Notes under the pieces: model-generated
Told to the model about the DNA's origin: nothing
The model's input: the letters and a program-made list of their open reading frames with translations, nothing else
Databases searched by the model: none
Shown here: piece by piece, positions 35,943 through 48,100 of the stretch
Layout of the letters: each line of letters begins with the position of its first letter
Numbering within the stretch: position 1 is the first letter of the stretch
Program-made: the position numbers and the translations under genes
DNA from: a virus
IMG/VR virus record: IMGVR_UViG_3300036770_007999
Span: 1 to 64,000 of that record
Length of the DNA stretch: 64,000 nt
Strand: one strand, 5' to 3'

Positions 35943-36950
35943 TTAGGCCACTGCGGCAGCAATCGTGGGTGTACCCCATGCAGCCGATGTTAGATATGTG
36001 GTGCTAGGCGGCAGATATGTGAGCAAGGTAGTAGGTGCTGTGCCGGTGATCGTGGTGCTGGGACTGGAAGTGGCAGTGCCACCGGAAATGTTTGCAGTGG
36101 TTCCTGCAGCCGAAGTACCGTCATCGCTCCAGACCGTGGTAAAGGTCAGTATGTTAGAACCTGCATCAAGAGCCACCTGGGTGCGGATGAACTCTGGGGT
36201 GTAGGGGGCAGATGCATTGTTGAGTTGGAAGATGGTAGTGGCTGCTGCGCCTGGCGTGAGGTTGTAAAATCCCGTGGTTGTTGCCAGGGTGGTCTCCGTG
36301 CCTCCAGAGCCGTTGAGACGTGTGGTGCCGGTGTAGGCTTGGCCTGCGATGGTGTTGGTGGTGGAATTCACACGACCTGTGAAATAGATCTGGCCGGGCT
36401 GGCCGGCCAGGGTGTTCCAGTCTGGATCATGGTCTGTGCCTGTGCTGGACTTACCGTACTGTAGTTTGCAGATGCCGCCGGCATTGAAAAAGTAACGTGC
36501 AGCATTGGCCGATGCGAAAGTCAGAGTATGAGTGAAAGTGATGGTCCATGCAGCGGTGCCAGATCCTGTGGTACCGGTCTTGGATGTGGTACCGGAAAAT
36601 GTACCAACTTCTGTGCCAGATGCCACTGCGTTGCCTCTATTGCTGGTGATGTTGGTGAGATCGGTATTCAATGCAGCCAGGATAGTGATGGTATCACCAG
36701 TGACAGGGGCGGTGCGCGCCGTGATAGAAGTGCCTGTGTGGTTGCCCATGGCAGCGATGTTGTTCACAAGACTGGCCCAATTTGTAGCGGTCACAGTAGC
36801 AGCAGCACTCACAGTGCTCAATGCTGACTGACCGTATCCTTTGTCGCCTGATCCGGTCGACCAGATATCGTTCACATTTGCGCCTGATGTTGTTGAAGCG
36901 AATCCGTTGTAATCTGTGGCCTGGATCAATCCACCTACTGAATACGTCAT
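35943..36950 (-). CDS. Thr/Gly/Ala-rich virion structural (fibre-associated) protein
   Basis: I.ATDYN, GYGQ, ARYFFNAGG motifs; position after the fibre gene. Confidence 0.7.
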   Translation of the reverse strand: MTYSVGGLIQATDYNGFASTTSGANVNDIWSTGSGDKGYGQSALSTVSAAATVTATNWASLVNNIAAMGNHTGTSITARTAPVTGDTITILAALNTDLTNITSNRGNAVASGTEVGTFSGTTSKTGTTGSGTAAWTITFTHTLTFASANAARYFFNAGGICKLQYGKSSTGTDHDPDWNTLAGQPGQIYFTGRVNSTTNTIAGQAYTGTTRLNGSGGTETTLATTTGFYNLTPGAAATTIFQLNNASAPYTPEFIRTQVALDAGSNILTFTTVWSDDGTSAAGTTANISGGTATSSPSTTITGTAPTTLLTYLPPSTTYLTSAAWGTPTIAAAVA

Positions 36951-36960
36951 GTCGTGTTCC

Positions 36961-38313
36961 TTATTTGATAGTGACTATGGCTTCTACCATGCCTTCGTTG
37001 GTGTCTTGTCGATCTTCCAGAGCACGACCAATCACATTGAATGCAGTGGCTTCTCCGGGCAGGGCGGCACGGGCAAGACCATTGCCGGCAGCTACCAACC
37101 GATCGCCTTTGCGCACAGCGCCTACCACGCGCACAGGAACTCGACCTGTCATGGCCACTGGAGGGTGTGTGGCATCTGACCCTGCACCATGATTCATGGT
37201 AAAGGCTGCACGGGTACTTATCACACCAAAAACATTATCACTGAGTTCCTGACGGCTTTTGGTAATTTCTGCGCTGCCTCCCAGTTCTACCACAGTTCCT
37301 GGTTCATACACAGTATCAGCATGGAATCTCTCCGCAACGTCAGCATACAAGGCCGTGGTCGCGGTGGCAAACACAGTGTTGAAATATCCTGAGCTGGACC
37401 CAAGGTTGCCAACACCGTTGGCATTGAGGTTTGTGAGTCCGGTCACACCCGGGATGCCTGTAGCTCCATTGATGTTGATTGCAGTAGTGTTCACGCCACC
37501 GTCATTGACTTGAAGTGTGAGATTGCCATCTTGTGTTTGATTGCGCAGGAAAACATCACTGCCTGTGATGATAATGCGTGCATCGCTGTCCGCGCCCACT
37601 GACAGGCCGGAATCGTTGAGTATGCCTAGTGTGCCCGTGGTAGTTTGATTTACATTGCGTTGGATAAAACCAGTGCTGGCGATACCACCCAGTAGATTAG
37701 AATCTGATGCGGTGCCACGAAACAGAGCATTGCTTACAGTAGAACTAAGTTGGATACCGGGTCCGATGGTAGCGAATCCTGTGATGGCTACCTGTGGTGT
37801 AAAAGTGGCATCTTTGGAAATGATACCAACAATGGTATTGTTTACGAACAGTTGTACAACTACGTGATCCACGGCCACGTTGTCTGTGATGGTGGTCACA
37901 ATTGCGCCAGAAGTGCCCTGGCCTGATGTGGAAGCCGGTCCTACCAGGATAAAGGAGGTACCGTTGTAAACTTTTAATTGCTGATTGGTAGTGTCAAACC
38001 AAAGATCGCCTGTGACGTTGCTGGTGGGAGTGCTGGCACTGGCAGTGGCAGCAGAGATAGTCTTGAACGTGGTACCGTTGTAGACCTTCATGGTATTGGT
38101 GGATTTGTCCCACCAAAGCTGACCTGTGAGTGGCGCACCTGGAGCAGTGGTATTGGCACCGTTTTCCAAGAGGTGGATAAAGTTTTCATCCAGGAACTCA
38201 CCGTAGCCCGCGTAGTTCTTGCCTACCAGGATCATGCTTGAACTGGTATTGATGGTACCATCCGCCACTGTGGCGAATATAGTACCGTCTGTTAAGTTAA
38301 TGGTATATGCCAT
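36961..38313 (-). CDS. Tail fibre-like protein with C-terminal intramolecular chaperone (peptidase G2-like) domain
   Basis: G(Q/D)LW.D repeats; YADVAERF...GTVV...GVIST...GRVPVRV.G...KGDRLV. Confidence 0.75.
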   Translation of the reverse strand: MAYTINLTDGTIFATVADGTINTSSSMILVGKNYAGYGEFLDENFIHLLENGANTTAPGAPLTGQLWWDKSTNTMKVYNGTTFKTISAATASASTPTSNVTGDLWFDTTNQQLKVYNGTSFILVGPASTSGQGTSGAIVTTITDNVAVDHVVVQLFVNNTIVGIISKDATFTPQVAITGFATIGPGIQLSSTVSNALFRGTASDSNLLGGIASTGFIQRNVNQTTTGTLGILNDSGLSVGADSDARIIITGSDVFLRNQTQDGNLTLQVNDGGVNTTAININGATGIPGVTGLTNLNANGVGNLGSSSGYFNTVFATATTALYADVAERFHADTVYEPGTVVELGGSAEITKSRQELSDNVFGVISTRAAFTMNHGAGSDATHPPVAMTGRVPVRVVGAVRKGDRLVAAGNGLARAALPGEATAFNVIGRALEDRQDTNEGMVEAIVTIK

Positions 38314-38362
38314 GTTGTTGCTCCGTCCTATCTGTATTTATGCAACTGTAATCTACCCATAT

Positions 38363-38983
38363 TTATGCAGCACTGAGGTTTGTCAGTGTCTGTATACGCA
38401 CAGTGTAATCTATCTGTATCTGCCGATTAAGACTCTTTTGCACCGGATGGAAGATCACATGGGTGATCAACATTAGATCTTCGCCTGTACCTTCCCAGGC
38501 TTTAAGTCCTAGTTCGTCAAAAACAAATTCTCCGTTGAAATTGGTGGAGTTGTCAAAGGCCTGCTGTCCGGCTGGTTCACCATAGTCTAATAGACAACTT
38601 ACCAAGATGTCTGTGTACACACGACCAGAAGTGTGCAACACAGTGAGATTGTTGCGTGTGGGATCTGTGTTGGCAGCGGAGTTTTGGTTGACTACCTTGA
38701 GATAGGTTTGGTTGTATAGATCCGCATTCTGCCCGGTGACATTAGGCGGCAAATAGGTTATCACGCCGGTAGGGTCTACGCTGGAACCGCCATTGCCAAA
38801 TGCCATGGCATAGATATAGCCTACGCGCTGGCTGTTCACAGTAAGTTCTGCCAAGCTCTGCGCTAGAGCGATGCTCATGTTTTCGTAATGGATCGCGTTC
38901 TTTTTGTCTACCAAAACCTCGGACGTGACAGGATCATAAATCCTGACGTGTCCTTCTATATGGACAGGACCCAGCGCAATCAT
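38363..38983 (-). CDS. Virion structural protein (baseplate/fibre connector-like)
   Basis: KNAIH, AFGNGG, FDELGL, THVIFHPVQKSLNR; context. Confidence 0.65.
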   Translation of the reverse strand: MIALGPVHIEGHVRIYDPVTSEVLVDKKNAIHYENMSIALAQSLAELTVNSQRVGYIYAMAFGNGGSSVDPTGVITYLPPNVTGQNADLYNQTYLKVVNQNSAANTDPTRNNLTVLHTSGRVYTDILVSCLLDYGEPAGQQAFDNSTNFNGEFVFDELGLKAWEGTGEDLMLITHVIFHPVQKSLNRQIQIDYTVRIQTLTNLSAA

Positions 38984-39123
38984 GCTCGCTGCTCCAGGAT
39001 CACCGTACCGGTATTGGGATCGGAGATTTTGATGTGTTCGTCGATGTTGAGTCCAGTACTTTCATTGGGTCGAGCCGCAGGTTGCTGTGCTGGAATCGGA
39101 ATAGAATTTTGGGTATCGCTCAT
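38980..39123 (-). CDS. 47-aa hypothetical protein
   Basis: ATG 5 nt after TAAATA; HIKISDPNTG resembles HVRIYDPVT of the next gene. Confidence 0.65.
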   Translation of the reverse strand: MSDTQNSIPIPAQQPAARPNESTGLNIDEHIKISDPNTGTVILEQRA

Positions 39124-39139
39124 GTTATTATTTATGGTG

Positions 39140-42100
39140 TCAAAGTCCGCGTATAAATCTAGCCGCCAGGGTTTCTGTTTCCTGTAGTGGCACACCGTCG
39201 CTGGCAGTATTGATACCGGGCCGGTACCAACTTTCACTACGGCGTACCCTGATACTGACTTGGTATCCTGAGTCTGGTGCTGTGGCAAACACTATGGTCA
39301 CTGGATCACTGCCGGTCACAGTGTAACCCGATGTCTGCAGGATGCCACCAACATAGACCTCTACTGCCTCTACCAGTTCTGTGGAATCTAGATCAGTGAT
39401 CACGATGCTTTCTGCTACAAACAGTGTCTGCGTGCCATCTGCTAGAAAATTGTCAAAAACCACTCTATCCTGATATTCCGCTGGCAACAAATTGCCTAAA
39501 CCGATGTCGTACACGGCCGTACCCGCGGCATGTTCTGCCGCGCCTGTGCCTGCTGTGCCTCGGCGCAGGCCGCTGATGGTGTTGTTCACAGTGTCTCGGT
39601 TGCGATAGGCTATGCGCTCGCCATTGATGGTTATCAATCCAAATATGCCCTGCGGCAGATTGGGTTCACTCAATCGGCTGGCATCCTGCACGTAGATCGT
39701 GTCTCCTTGTGCTGCCAAACTTTGTGCCAGCACTGTGGTGGTGTCTGGTGTGATACGGTATGTGCCTTGAGTACCACGCATGTCTTGGAATATGCGGAAC
39801 GCAAGGGCGTTGGGTACCACACTCTGTGTGAAACTGGTTATGGCCACCACGTCTGCGGGGCCAATCACTGTGCCCAGCAAGATTACCCGGGTTCCTTCTA
39901 CCACGAAGCCTGATCCTTCGAACAGATAGAAACCATTCAAAGTCACTTCAATTCGGCTTGCGTTGACGATGTCACGCCCTGTGTCAAATTCATTGGTCTG
40001 GATCACAGATCCTGTGCCAAAATCAAACGATCCGGGGGTGTCGGACACCGTGGCTTCGTCGTACAGCGTGGTGTCGTAGCCTTCGCTGATCTGGATACCG
40101 GTGGTGGTGGGACCCACAAAAACTTGTGTCAGTATGTTCTGTTCTCGGGTGTCATTGAACGTGGTCACGGTCAGGACGTCGCCAAACAAAGGCAGGATGC
40201 TGCTGCCGGATCGGAACACAAGATTAGTACCAGAGATAAAGTAACCAGCAGCATGGTTGACGGAAATCAAGACTTGTGAGCCTACGTCTGGAAGATCGGT
40301 CAGTGTTATGGTACGATCTGTGCTGCCATCGTCAGGATCCACTTGGTAGTCGACGCCCTGTGTCAAAGGTTCACCGTCTAAGTACACAGATACTTCGTTG
40401 TCTGCTATAAGACTCTGATCGTAGCCACCACGCGTGGGCAAATAGTATTGCAGGCTAGATCCGTCTGCGATATACTCCACACCTTCAGCTGGACGCACCC
40501 GCCGCCCATTGACCTCAACAATGATGTTGACAGGATTGGTACCTTGGAGGCTGTTGTCCAAGGGGAATATCAAGGTGCTGCCGTCACCTATGTCGTTCTG
40601 TTGCACCGGCGCGCTCCAGGATCCCGAACCTGCGCCCAGGGCAGTAACGGCCACATAATCGGTGACAGTGAGCGTTTGACCAAACACGATATTGGTAGCG
40701 AAGTTGCCTGAGGCCGAGAAAGTAAAGTTGTCTGTGGGATCACCGTTGATGAATATGGCAAATTCAGATATGAGGCTGGTCTGTACCGGCACAGTGATGG
40801 TGTTGTTGGGTTGTGTGCCGGTATAGGCCTCGCGGAAGATCTGATTTCCACCGCCCAGACCGTATATCTGTATGGCTATCACATCACCCGCATTGGCACC
40901 TGAGATCACGCGCAGGGTGTGTGCTACCCAATCCACAACATAATCTTGGTCCTCTATCAACTGCACGCCGTTGGTGATGTTGTACACCATGACCATGACC
41001 AACATGTCTACTTGGTCTGCAAAACTTAGATCGGCGTCTGCAGATGTGTATTCATAGTTGATCTGGCCAAGAGCGAATCCATGTCCGTCGCCTAACCAGT
41101 CGCCACCGGGCGTGGTAAACACACGGAAGTCCAGAGTGTCGAATATGGCACCCGGTACCAGTTCTTCAGGCGCATGGCTGGAGTAGGTGTCAACGAAGGC
41201 GCCGCCGGCCACTGTGATGGCATTGGCTGGACCAGTGGTAGGAGGATCACCGTTGTAGGCCGGAGCAGGCAAGGTACCCAGATAGGGATCAGTGAACTCG
41301 CTTTCATAGATCGCATCCAGGATCGCGGGATCGTATGTGGGTTGGCCCTCGGGTCCGATGGAGATGTTATCAAAAGGATTGATGTCGTAGTTGCCCACAT
41401 CAAATCCGGTGTTCTGATTGAAATTGGGACCACTGACCTGCACACCTGGATAGTCTACACCCGATATCAACAAGGCCAGATCCAGTCCAGGTTCGTTCAC
41501 CGTGGGTGCATAAAAGCCCATGGTGCGATCCACACCACTCAGCGTGGCAGCATCTACCAAGGTCCAGTCCTCGGGATCAAAAGTCGCGGTTTCAACTGCT
41601 GTGCTGTCGTCGCTGCTGGCAGACCACACTCGGTCTTGATAGCGTACCTGCGTGCCATTGTCATACTGCACATTGGGCTGCCAATCCACAATGGTGGTCT
41701 GGTATTGATAACGGTCATATCGCAGGGTAGTGGTAAATTCTCTGATCTTTTGGTTGCCCATCACTGCCACGGCCCTGGCACCGGTGCCGTTGCCACCTTC
41801 CAGCGTAATTAACGCTGTGGTCAGATAACCTTCACCAGGAGATACTACGTCTATGGCGATTACCTGTCCTGCGCTGTTGATACGAGCCGTGAGCACAGCA
41901 GGCGTTTCTGCTTCACCGGTGACGATCACCTGTGGCGGTACCGTATAGCCAGATCCCCCGTCTACCACTGCGACAGATTCTATGGTCAGCAGATAGTTCT
42001 GGAACCATTGATTCCATGGCAAGGTCTGCCAGATCGGACTGGTGCTGGGTGTGCTGGATGTAGTGCTCAAGGGATCATCGAGATTGTCGTCGAGCACTGG

Positions 42101-45100
42101 GCTGATAAACAAGTTCTGTGCGGAATCCCAGAAGGCCGGCACATCAAAGTCTGTCACAGTACCATCATACACATCATTGCCCTGATAGATCAGGTTGAAC
42201 TCACGGATCTGAGTATGATAGGGCTTGACTTCCTGGATGTAGTTCAACACGAAATCTTGGTTGTCCTGGCGATATATCTGGAACGGTTGCAGGTTGCGTA
42301 TCACATGATCCACGTCAATCAGGCTGGTCTTTGTGAGCCACAGCGGTGCTACCTGCTCGCTCAGTATGAAGTTGAACATCAGCACTAACAGACGATTGCG
42401 CTCTATGGCAAGATCATCGATGAAGATCTCTTGATTGATGGCCTGAATGATCCTTCGTGTTTCCGTCACGGGTTCTTGATCGAAATACTGCGCATCAAAA
42501 ACTTCCACGTCAAAACCAAACCTACCAATGCTGTAGTCCCAGATCTCCGGTGAGATAGCAATGGTTCCAGATTCTAGGCCTACTCGTGTGTACACACCGT
42601 CTTCAAACACGTAGATCTCGAATTTGCCTTGAGCATTGGCCGTGACCTTGACACTGCTGCCAGGTGCTACCGTGATGGTTTCCAGATCGCTGAAGTTGGC
42701 CACTTCAGCAGCGATCACTGTTAGTGGATCGTAACCAGGAGCATACCAATCAATGTATGACCAGTAGCGCTTGGTGTCATAGTTCTGCACACGCACCAGG
42801 GCCAGTGTGCGGCTGCCGGGGGCGGTACCGGCCTGTACTTCGTAGATGGTCCAGAGGCCATCGTTGGTTGCATCTGATTGCACCAAGTATAGGTAACCAA
42901 CGGGCACCTGTGCCAGATCTTGATAACTCAGTTCCGTATCATTGGCCACGCGTTTGTTCCAGGCACCGCTGCCTGCTGCTGGTTCTGGCTCTTCGCTGTC
43001 CAACAATGGAAAGCGCCTGGTTTCAGCCAAGGGTAAAGTAGCCATCACACGGTTGGCCGCCACCAAATAGTTTTCCAAGGCCAGGAACCTGTTGGCGAAT
43101 AGGCTCTGACGCGGCCGGAACTGGACGCCGTACAGTTCGCTGGGTGGTAGGAATGGATCTGGTACCAGGTTGCCTGCTATATCGACTCCGCAGAAACTGT
43201 CCTGCAGTTTGCGATACAGACTATCGGTAAGGAAGCCGTCGCCGCGTCCTTGCGGTATCAGTTGGTATTCAAGGTGTACAGCATCTTGATTGCGCTGCTG
43301 ATCGTATTCCACGTGCAACACTGTGTCTTCGGCCTGGATATAGGGCAGGCCGTTGTAGATGGCTATGGTGCTGGCATTGATGGGGGCGATGTAGGCGATG
43401 CCGCTGCTGCGCGGTGCTTCGATGTAGCGCGTGATGGTATCTACGCTCAAGGTTTTGCGGGCTGCTCGATCTACTGTGCGAATACCAGTGACCCAGAAGA
43501 AGTAGGTGGTCTGGAATAGACCTTGTGCATCTATGTTGCTGGTCACGCTGTAACTGTTGATGTCGCGCACAGTGCCTGGACCGGTGTACTGCGCAGGCGG
43601 CACTGTGCTGGAGATCCACTGGAACACTTCCACGGTGCTGCCAGGAAACAGTTGTCCCCAGCGCCGGCTGGCATAAACGATGTCATCCTGATTGGGATCG
43701 ATAAATCTGGCGTTGGTGGTGTTCCACCAGATCTGCCCCACCCGTGCCTGCGTCCAGGCATCTCCATAGTTGTTCACAGCACCCACGTTGTAGGCTGCCG
43801 GATCTATGGCGCCGATATAGTCCAGATTCTGACGAACAGCACCCAACACGCGACCCTGCAAGGGATCAAAGAAATCAAAATACTGTTTGCTGGATCCCAG
43901 GAATCGGTCATACATGAACACTGTGTTCAAAAGATCAACATCGACCACAGGAGTCTGCTGCCGGATCGCCTGCCAACTTGGTTCACGTGTGGCGTTCACG
44001 TATTCGATCATGGCTCCATAGTTTGCAGCACTGTCTCCGCTGTCATCACCTGGTGCCCCTACCAGGAGCACGCCGGTGGTATAGTCTATGGCAGAACCAA
44101 ACTGATCCAAGGGCGACAGCGCACTGTCATACAGTTGTTGACCAAACACAAACTGTCCGGGGTTATTCACGCTGGCATTGGCAGCAGGCAAGAAGTCATA
44201 GGTGTAGACCACTCCACTCTGTGTGACCGCATCCAGGAATTCTGTGCTGCGACCATCGAATATGGTAGTGTTGTTGTCAAAGGTACAAGGGTTGAATGCG
44301 CTGCCGTCCGGCGCTCCTACTACCAAGTCCACAGTGCTGTCACTGACAAACACTGTGGTTCCAAAATGGGAGTAGGATTGGGGGACAGGACTCGCGATGG
44401 TCTGCGTGTATACATAGGTTAGAATGCCTAGATCATCAAACACAGTTCCTGTACCAGGCATCACTCGCAGTTTGTTCAAGACTGGTGCAGCATCAAAGTT
44501 AGTCACCGACAGCACCAGTCTAGCCCCTATGATCCTGATCTTGCTGGGTGCCAAGGGTGCAGTGACAAAAGTCACTGTGTTGGTGTCGGGATCGTAGGTG
44601 TAGTTTGCGGGATCTGACTGCAGCACGTTGTCCACATAAACCAAAGTGGTATAGGTGTCTACGGCGGGTGCCGCATACAGTGCACCAGTGGAAAATTCCG
44701 TTGTGATGCCATCGGCATCGTAGTCTAGATCCTGTGTCAAAGACACAGTGACATTGGGGATGGCAGCGTCTCTGATGGCCTGGGCCATCACGGCCGACCA
44801 GTTTGTGGCCTGCCAAAAATCAGTGTCTGTGATGGCTGTGCCCGCGGGTACCGGAACACGAGCACGATACAGGCTTACTCCGCCCAGCAACACATAGTCA
44901 TCCACGGCGTAGGTCAAGGCGCTGTTGTGCGCGGCCACTATGGGCACTACCACGAATCTGTCATTGACACGCAGATAGTCGCCTGGAGACAGCACAGGAT
45001 TTGCCACAGGGCTGGTGGTGATGCCGTACACTCGGCTCTGATTCAGTTGATATTCCACGTGGCCGGCTTCGGGCAGCACGGCACCATCATAGGGTGCGCC

Positions 45101-48100
45101 AATGTAGAGGCTGCAGTCATTGATGCATTGGTCTACTGTGAAGCCATATTGACCACCTTGGAATGGTTCGGCATCTACCAGGGTCTGCACCAGGGAAAAC
45201 TGATTGGTTTCGATCACCAGAGTATCACCCACAGCAATGTCTGTGTCCAGTGTGACTGTGTTGCCGGCGATGCTGAATGTGCCTCCAATGTTGTCCTGTT
45301 CATTGAGCAGGAACTCCCCATTGAGTTTGACATTGATGGGGGCGCCAGGTAACGAAAGGCTCTGTACCGTGGTATAACTTAAAGTAGCCGCATTGGTTAT
45401 CTGGAAAGCCTGCACAGATCGATCGAACACATAGACCTTGCCTTCTTGGGAATCGGAACCAGGGGTGCCGATCAAGACCTGGCGTCCATCGGTAGTGGTG
45501 CTAACACTATGACCAAATCTGGCATCGGCTGCCAGGCCCGGCACAATAATCTCGGCTACTGGTTGCCAATAGTCAGTGGCCCGCACACGGATCTCTGTGC
45601 CCGAGGCCGGTGCTGTCACGAATGTGAGATCCAGTGAACTGCCCTCACCAAAGTCATAGTCATATTTGGGGCGCTGTATCACATTGTCCACATACACGGA
45701 AATGCTGTTGACCGATGTGGCGGAATATATGTTGTCCAAGGGAAAAACCAGGGTGGATCCATCACCGGTAAACGTGGCTGCAGAACGACGCGTAATGGCC
45801 ACAGTCTGTCCTGCAGTGGGTGTAACGAGCAGCACTACCGATGTGGCGTTGACCACGTAGTCCGTATTCAAAGTCTGTAACACATTGCCCACTACCACTG
45901 CCAACTGTGCACTGGTATCCACCACGACATGGTCCACATAGTTGAAACTTGCAGTGGTACCATCGGCCACATACTCCACTGATTGCTGTTGCACATCTAT
46001 GCGTCCATAGGCGTAGACACGGTTGCCTCCGGGAGCACCAATGTACATCCAGCGTTCGTCATTGCTGACAGTAACGCTGTATCCAAATTCGTCTGCGACT
46101 GTGATCTTTTCGTCCTGCGGTATCACCAAGATCTGATGCTTCACAAAGGCGTTAGACGTGGGTGGGTTGAATATCACCAAGGCATAACCATGATTGCTCA
46201 GGCTTTCCGGTGCACCAATCACGGCCCAGGTCTGGTCGCCCATGTCCATGCTAGAGCCAAAGCCTGCAGTGCCGGTGGTCAGCAGTTCGATGATGATGTT
46301 TTCAGAGTAAGCTTGTCCGGCAGTTTTCACATATGAGTAGACCACTCCGCCCGGCAACACACCCGGTGCACCCACCATGGCAGCAAGATTCTGGAAGCCT
46401 TGTGTTACCGCGGTGCCAAATCTGGCATTCTCGATCTGGATTTCTGGTTCGATCACCGTGGCCGGGGCAAAAGGATTGGTTTTTTCCAGCACGGTCCACA
46501 GGTCTTGACCGTTATTGTCCACCCACACTCGCGATCCTGATGACAGTTCACGGCTGTAAGATAGGTTCACCACGTCGCTGGCCTGGGCCACACGTGCGGT
46601 ATCCAGCGAGAATCCTACTCCGGATCCGGTTACTTCGGTCTGGCTGCCTAAGAAAACCAGGTTGATCAAGACTGACTGGAGACCAGGTACAGCGGCCACA
46701 CGATAGGTGCCGTCAATGGTAACATTGAAAAACTTGATAATGAGATAATCATTCACGCGAAGATTGTGTTGCCGCGAGAACTCTACCAATGCTCTGCCAT
46801 CAAGGTTGTCTGACACAGACAGTATACGACCGGGCACTTCACGCACACGATACACGTTCCAATCATGGGGGTTGCTCTTGGCCACCCATATTGTATTGCC
46901 CAGGGCCAAGTCTTGGATTTCTTGGTCAAGGCTGGCAGCAACAGCCACAGGATTTTCCAGATCAAACACTGTGTAATCTACGTCGTCAAGATTCACATAG
47001 CCAGCGGTGGGCAGGCTGTTTTCCGTCACGGGTGTGACTGTGGTAGGCAGCACATCAGGACTGGTAAGTCGTTGGCTGCTTTTCCAGATGTTCTGCAGCA
47101 GCACTGTCTGATCTGCTTCGCTGGATTGATCTGGTTGGATGATCTGGATCAGGCTGGGATCGCTGCGCAACAGGCTCTGATCCAGCAACAGTTCCACATA
47201 GTTGCGATTGGCAGTGGCTCCATAGGTGGCTTTCTGCATGGCCCACAGTTCAAATATGTCATACTGTGCTGTTTCTTTGCCGAGATCTGCAAAACTGAAC
47301 AGTTCTGCGGCCTGGCGTGTACCTTTGGTGCCCAGGAACTGCTGATAGAGATTGACCTGGCTCACATCATCCAAGTTCAAGGCCTGCATGTATTCGCGTG
47401 GTCTGAATCCAATCAAGCCATAACTGAATAGATCTACTTCAGTTTCTAGATTGGCATTGTACACGCTGTAGGCCGTGGCCAATTGATCGCTGGCATTGGC
47501 GGAGTTGGGCAACAGACCTTTCTGTATGTCGTCGTAGTCACTCTTTATCCATTCTGCGTAGTTGAATTCCTGTGAAGGCTGTATGATCCGGCTGGCCGAC
47601 CAGTATTCATTCTTGAACAGCACGATTTCGCCCTTGGCATACACACGATTTGGATCCCATTCTACGATGTTGTCTTCGTTGATCACGAAGCCAGGAGCAT
47701 CCACTGTGCCGTTCCAGTCGCCGGAAATCCAACCTGACACCAGCACACGATTCTGTCTGAGACCGGTAACGGGTTGATAGATCAAGTCAGCGAATGTGCT
47801 GACATTGTCTAGGACCACTAAATGCTCATAGGCTGTGAATCGCAGATTTAGATAATTGATGGTATTGGAACTCAGGCTGGTAGCCCGAAAGGTGTTGTCT
47901 ACACGTTCGATCACGAGATCCGCTGCCGGCAAGGGCTGGCGGTTCTGATTGAGGATGAGATTTTCTGGACGCAGAGTATTGACGCTGTCTACTATGCTGA
48001 GTGGCTGCGTAACAGATACTGAGGTAGCACCTGGGTTGAGATTGATGATGGTGCCAGGTGCCCAGCCTTGACCGCTCCAGTAAAGAAACTCTTGGCACAT

